Part shown: in pieces, positions 61,641 to 64,000 of the stretch
How positions within the stretch are numbered: the first letter of the stretch is position 1
How the letters are laid out: every line of letters begins with the position of its first letter
Origin: Felis catus
Taxonomy: Eukaryota
Assembly (NCBI RefSeq): GCF_018350175.1
Contig: NC_058368.1
Location: 204,912,001-204,976,000 of the forward strand
Length of the DNA stretch: 64,000 nt
Direction: 5' to 3'
Made by a program: the position numbers and the translations under genes
The notes under the pieces: model-generated
The model's input: only the letters and a program-made list of their open reading frames with translations
Told to the model about the DNA's origin: nothing
Databases searched by the model: none

Positions 61641-62569
61641 GTCATCACATATATCATAAAATACTGTTTTCTTAATAGAACACGGCAGAGAGGATTATTC
61701 ACTTTGGGTAAGAAGTCCTGCACAAACCAAGTGCATCTTTTCAACCTGTAAAAATCCTATCAATTCAAATATACCCACTTAGACCTCACTCCAGGCGGCT
61801 ACCAATTAACCACACAAATCAGTCCTCTCTCCCACCTAGGTATTTGCTCTCAGGCAGACACAGCAGGAAGCCACCAGGAAGCTGAAGGCGGGCAAGAACC
61901 TCAAGAACCTTCCACAACCAAGCACAGGAAGAAGAGAGCAAAATCTCTGATAATTGCCTCTTTGCTCCCTAGGGAAAGCCAGTCACATCCCAACTAATGA
62001 TCCCACTCCTAAACAGGAAAGAATGAAAAAGAGGAGGAGAGGAAGCTTCATTAAAAGTCACCGGAAAATGAATTAATCCTCTGCTGCCCCCCCCCCCCCT
62101 CCCAAGCAGGTGTTCTCTATACAGCAGTATGAGGCGTTCTGCTGGTAACAAGACACATTTCCCCTTCCTCTGGACCCTGGGATTTTTCCATCTTCAAAGA
62201 TTGAGTTCCCTTTGATTTCATATAACGACTAGCTTATAGATAAAGGTGTTATTTGTTTGCCATCACTTTTCTGGTTTTGGAAACAAACGATTCAAAGAAT
62301 TTGAGACTTTAAGACAATCTAGTTCAGTTTCACAAATGGAAATGCTTTCAAGAGCCGGGAAAGTAACACAAATGGACGAAGTGGGCCCAGCAGAAACTGT
62401 GGTTTACTTTGTGGAATTTATGCCACTCAAAAATATACACTTAATTGTTGCCCAATCTGTCTCTTTTTTTTCAAGAGAAACTGGACCTTTCTTTTGAAAT
62501 GTTAACAACAAATTTAAAAAATAATTAAGCTCTATTCCCACATTCAGAGAAAATTCCCCTGTAGATTTC

Positions 62570-62738
62570 CAGTAGGGACCTCCAACCTAGTGCAGCTTCC
62601 AAAACAACAACAAACAACAGAATCACTGGGACCTTTAAAAATATGCATGCCTTCTCCTCCAACGGCAATTCTGATTTAATTGGTCAAGGGTAAGTGTTCA
62701 GGTGATTGTAATGGACAACCAACGTAGAAAACCCCTAC
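62570..62738. mobile_element. MER5-like hAT MITE, decayed
   Basis: AGAATCACTGGG...TTTAAAAATATGCATGCC...ATTCTGATTTAATTGGTC...CAGGTGATTGTAATG. Confidence 0.55.
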
Positions 62739-63769
62739 TCTGGTCTAACCTACGGATTCTACAGATGAGGAAACAATGGTCCAAAGATGAACACAACCCA
62801 CAGCGAGCAAGAGAGCAAGAACAGGACCTCTCATTCCATTATGCTGTTAGCAAAACCCTAACACAAATGCTACTTTTTTGCCCATGAATGGGAGTTTGGG
62901 CTTCGATATACTTGTCTGTAAAACATTTCAAATGTTTCCCCAGCACAAGTGTCAGTTTTTGATGCTAGAGTTCTTTTTTCCCTAAATCCAGTGACTCTCA
63001 GGCCACATTTACTTGGACTATGAACTTCATGAAAGCAGAGGGCTTGTCAGTCCCTCCCTCACCTGTGAAGCAAGTCAGCGCCCCCATAAGTACTGAGTCA
63101 ATGAATGATGTGATTAGGATTTTCCAAATTCTCTTCCCGTGCAACTTGGGAATCCAGTTTCATGAAAGCTCGAAAATTCACCCCATACAGAAAAGTGTCC
63201 ATAAGCAGGTCCGAGTCAGGGGAAACAAACTGCCAAGTGTTGGCTTTAATCTAATGGGAAGATCACTTGGCTCACTTGATAGAAAGCCATGAACAGTAAG
63301 TGGAAGGACAGCAAGCTGTTCACAGGAGCCCGTATCACTGGATTTGAAGCTTCCTTTCCCTGTGACAGCACAAAGGAACAGAAAACTCTCCTCATGTCAC
63401 CCTCACCGCCACTGACTTGGTGTATTTACTTTCCCTGGAGCTGAACCCTTGCCAATACCAATAGCCATACTTAACTATCCTGTCTGGTTTCCTGCCTGCC
63501 TGTGACAGAGAACTCTGTGTGGCATGCCCTCATCTGACTGCACGTGATGTGCTCTTCACACACTATGTCCTCGAAAATGGAATACAGCCTTGTGTTAGAG
63601 TTACATCGCAAAAGATTTGGTGATGAATACCAGGCTTCCTTTCATCTTACGAAGATGCTGGCAAAATCCTACTCATTGTGCAAGAGTAAGACAAGTTATT
63701 GCTCATTCGGTTTATTATTGAAAAATACACCTCCGCCCCACCTGTCAGTTAACACGATGCAAGCGTCTC

Positions 63770-64000
63770 ACTCCTTCACACTGAGCTATCTTTCTAAAAT
63801 AACAAATCTGATCATGTCACTTACCTACAGAAGATATTCTGGTACAGCTACCTACGGTGCCCCAGAAAAAGTCCAAGATCCCAGACACAGCTCATGAACT
63901 CTATCTCCTTTTCTAGCCTCATCTCCTTTCAGCTCCCTCAAATATCCTCCGGTTCAGCCACCTCAAACCTTATCTCTCCCTGACACACCATATTCTTTTA
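63770..64000 (+). mobile_element. L2 fragment running off the right edge
   Basis: ATCTTTCTAAAATAACAAATCTGATCATGTCACT...TTTCTAGCCTCATCTCC...TTCAGCCAC. Confidence 0.65.

Noticed and set aside
1..64000. Host protein-coding genes among the short ORFs
   Set aside because: The only recognisable homology is L1 ORF1/ORF2. The rest are antisense L1, SINE-derived (e.g. GAWVAQSV..SAQVMIS), microsatellite-derived (HTHTHT, YIYIY, ERERER) or random-length ORFs. Small unrecognised exons cannot be excluded.
1..64000. CRISPR array, prokaryotic defence system, CpG-island promoter
   Set aside because: Mammalian DNA; no regularly spaced repeats with unique spacers; CpG enrichment only in young SINEs and microsatellites.

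Overview
Mammalian genomic DNA from a feliform carnivore, probably a cat-family species, judged from felid-type CAN-SINEs and felid-type L1 3' ends. It is AT-rich, CpG-depleted and repeat-dense, as expected for an intron or intergenic region. I cannot support any host protein-coding exon, RNA gene, CpG island or CRISPR array. The only real protein homologies are decayed LINE-1 ORF1/ORF2. Main content: the 5' half of an old L1 (1-3920, minus strand), a 4.3-kb 5'-truncated L1 with a perfect 20-bp target-site duplication (TSD) at 46133-50395, two 5'-inverted (twin-primed) L1s, 11 CAN-SINEs with visible TSDs, and older L2/MIR/CR1, MaLR/ERVL LTRs, hAT/Tigger MITEs and microsatellites. The most notable observations concern retrotransposition mechanism: two sites hit twice (three copies of the target), two tandem L1 3' ends inside one TSD, and a SINE missing its tRNA-derived promoter core. 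I found no convincing new biological system. Repeat subfamily names come from recalled consensus sequences and need RepeatMasker/Dfam confirmation; boundaries of old repeats are approximate.
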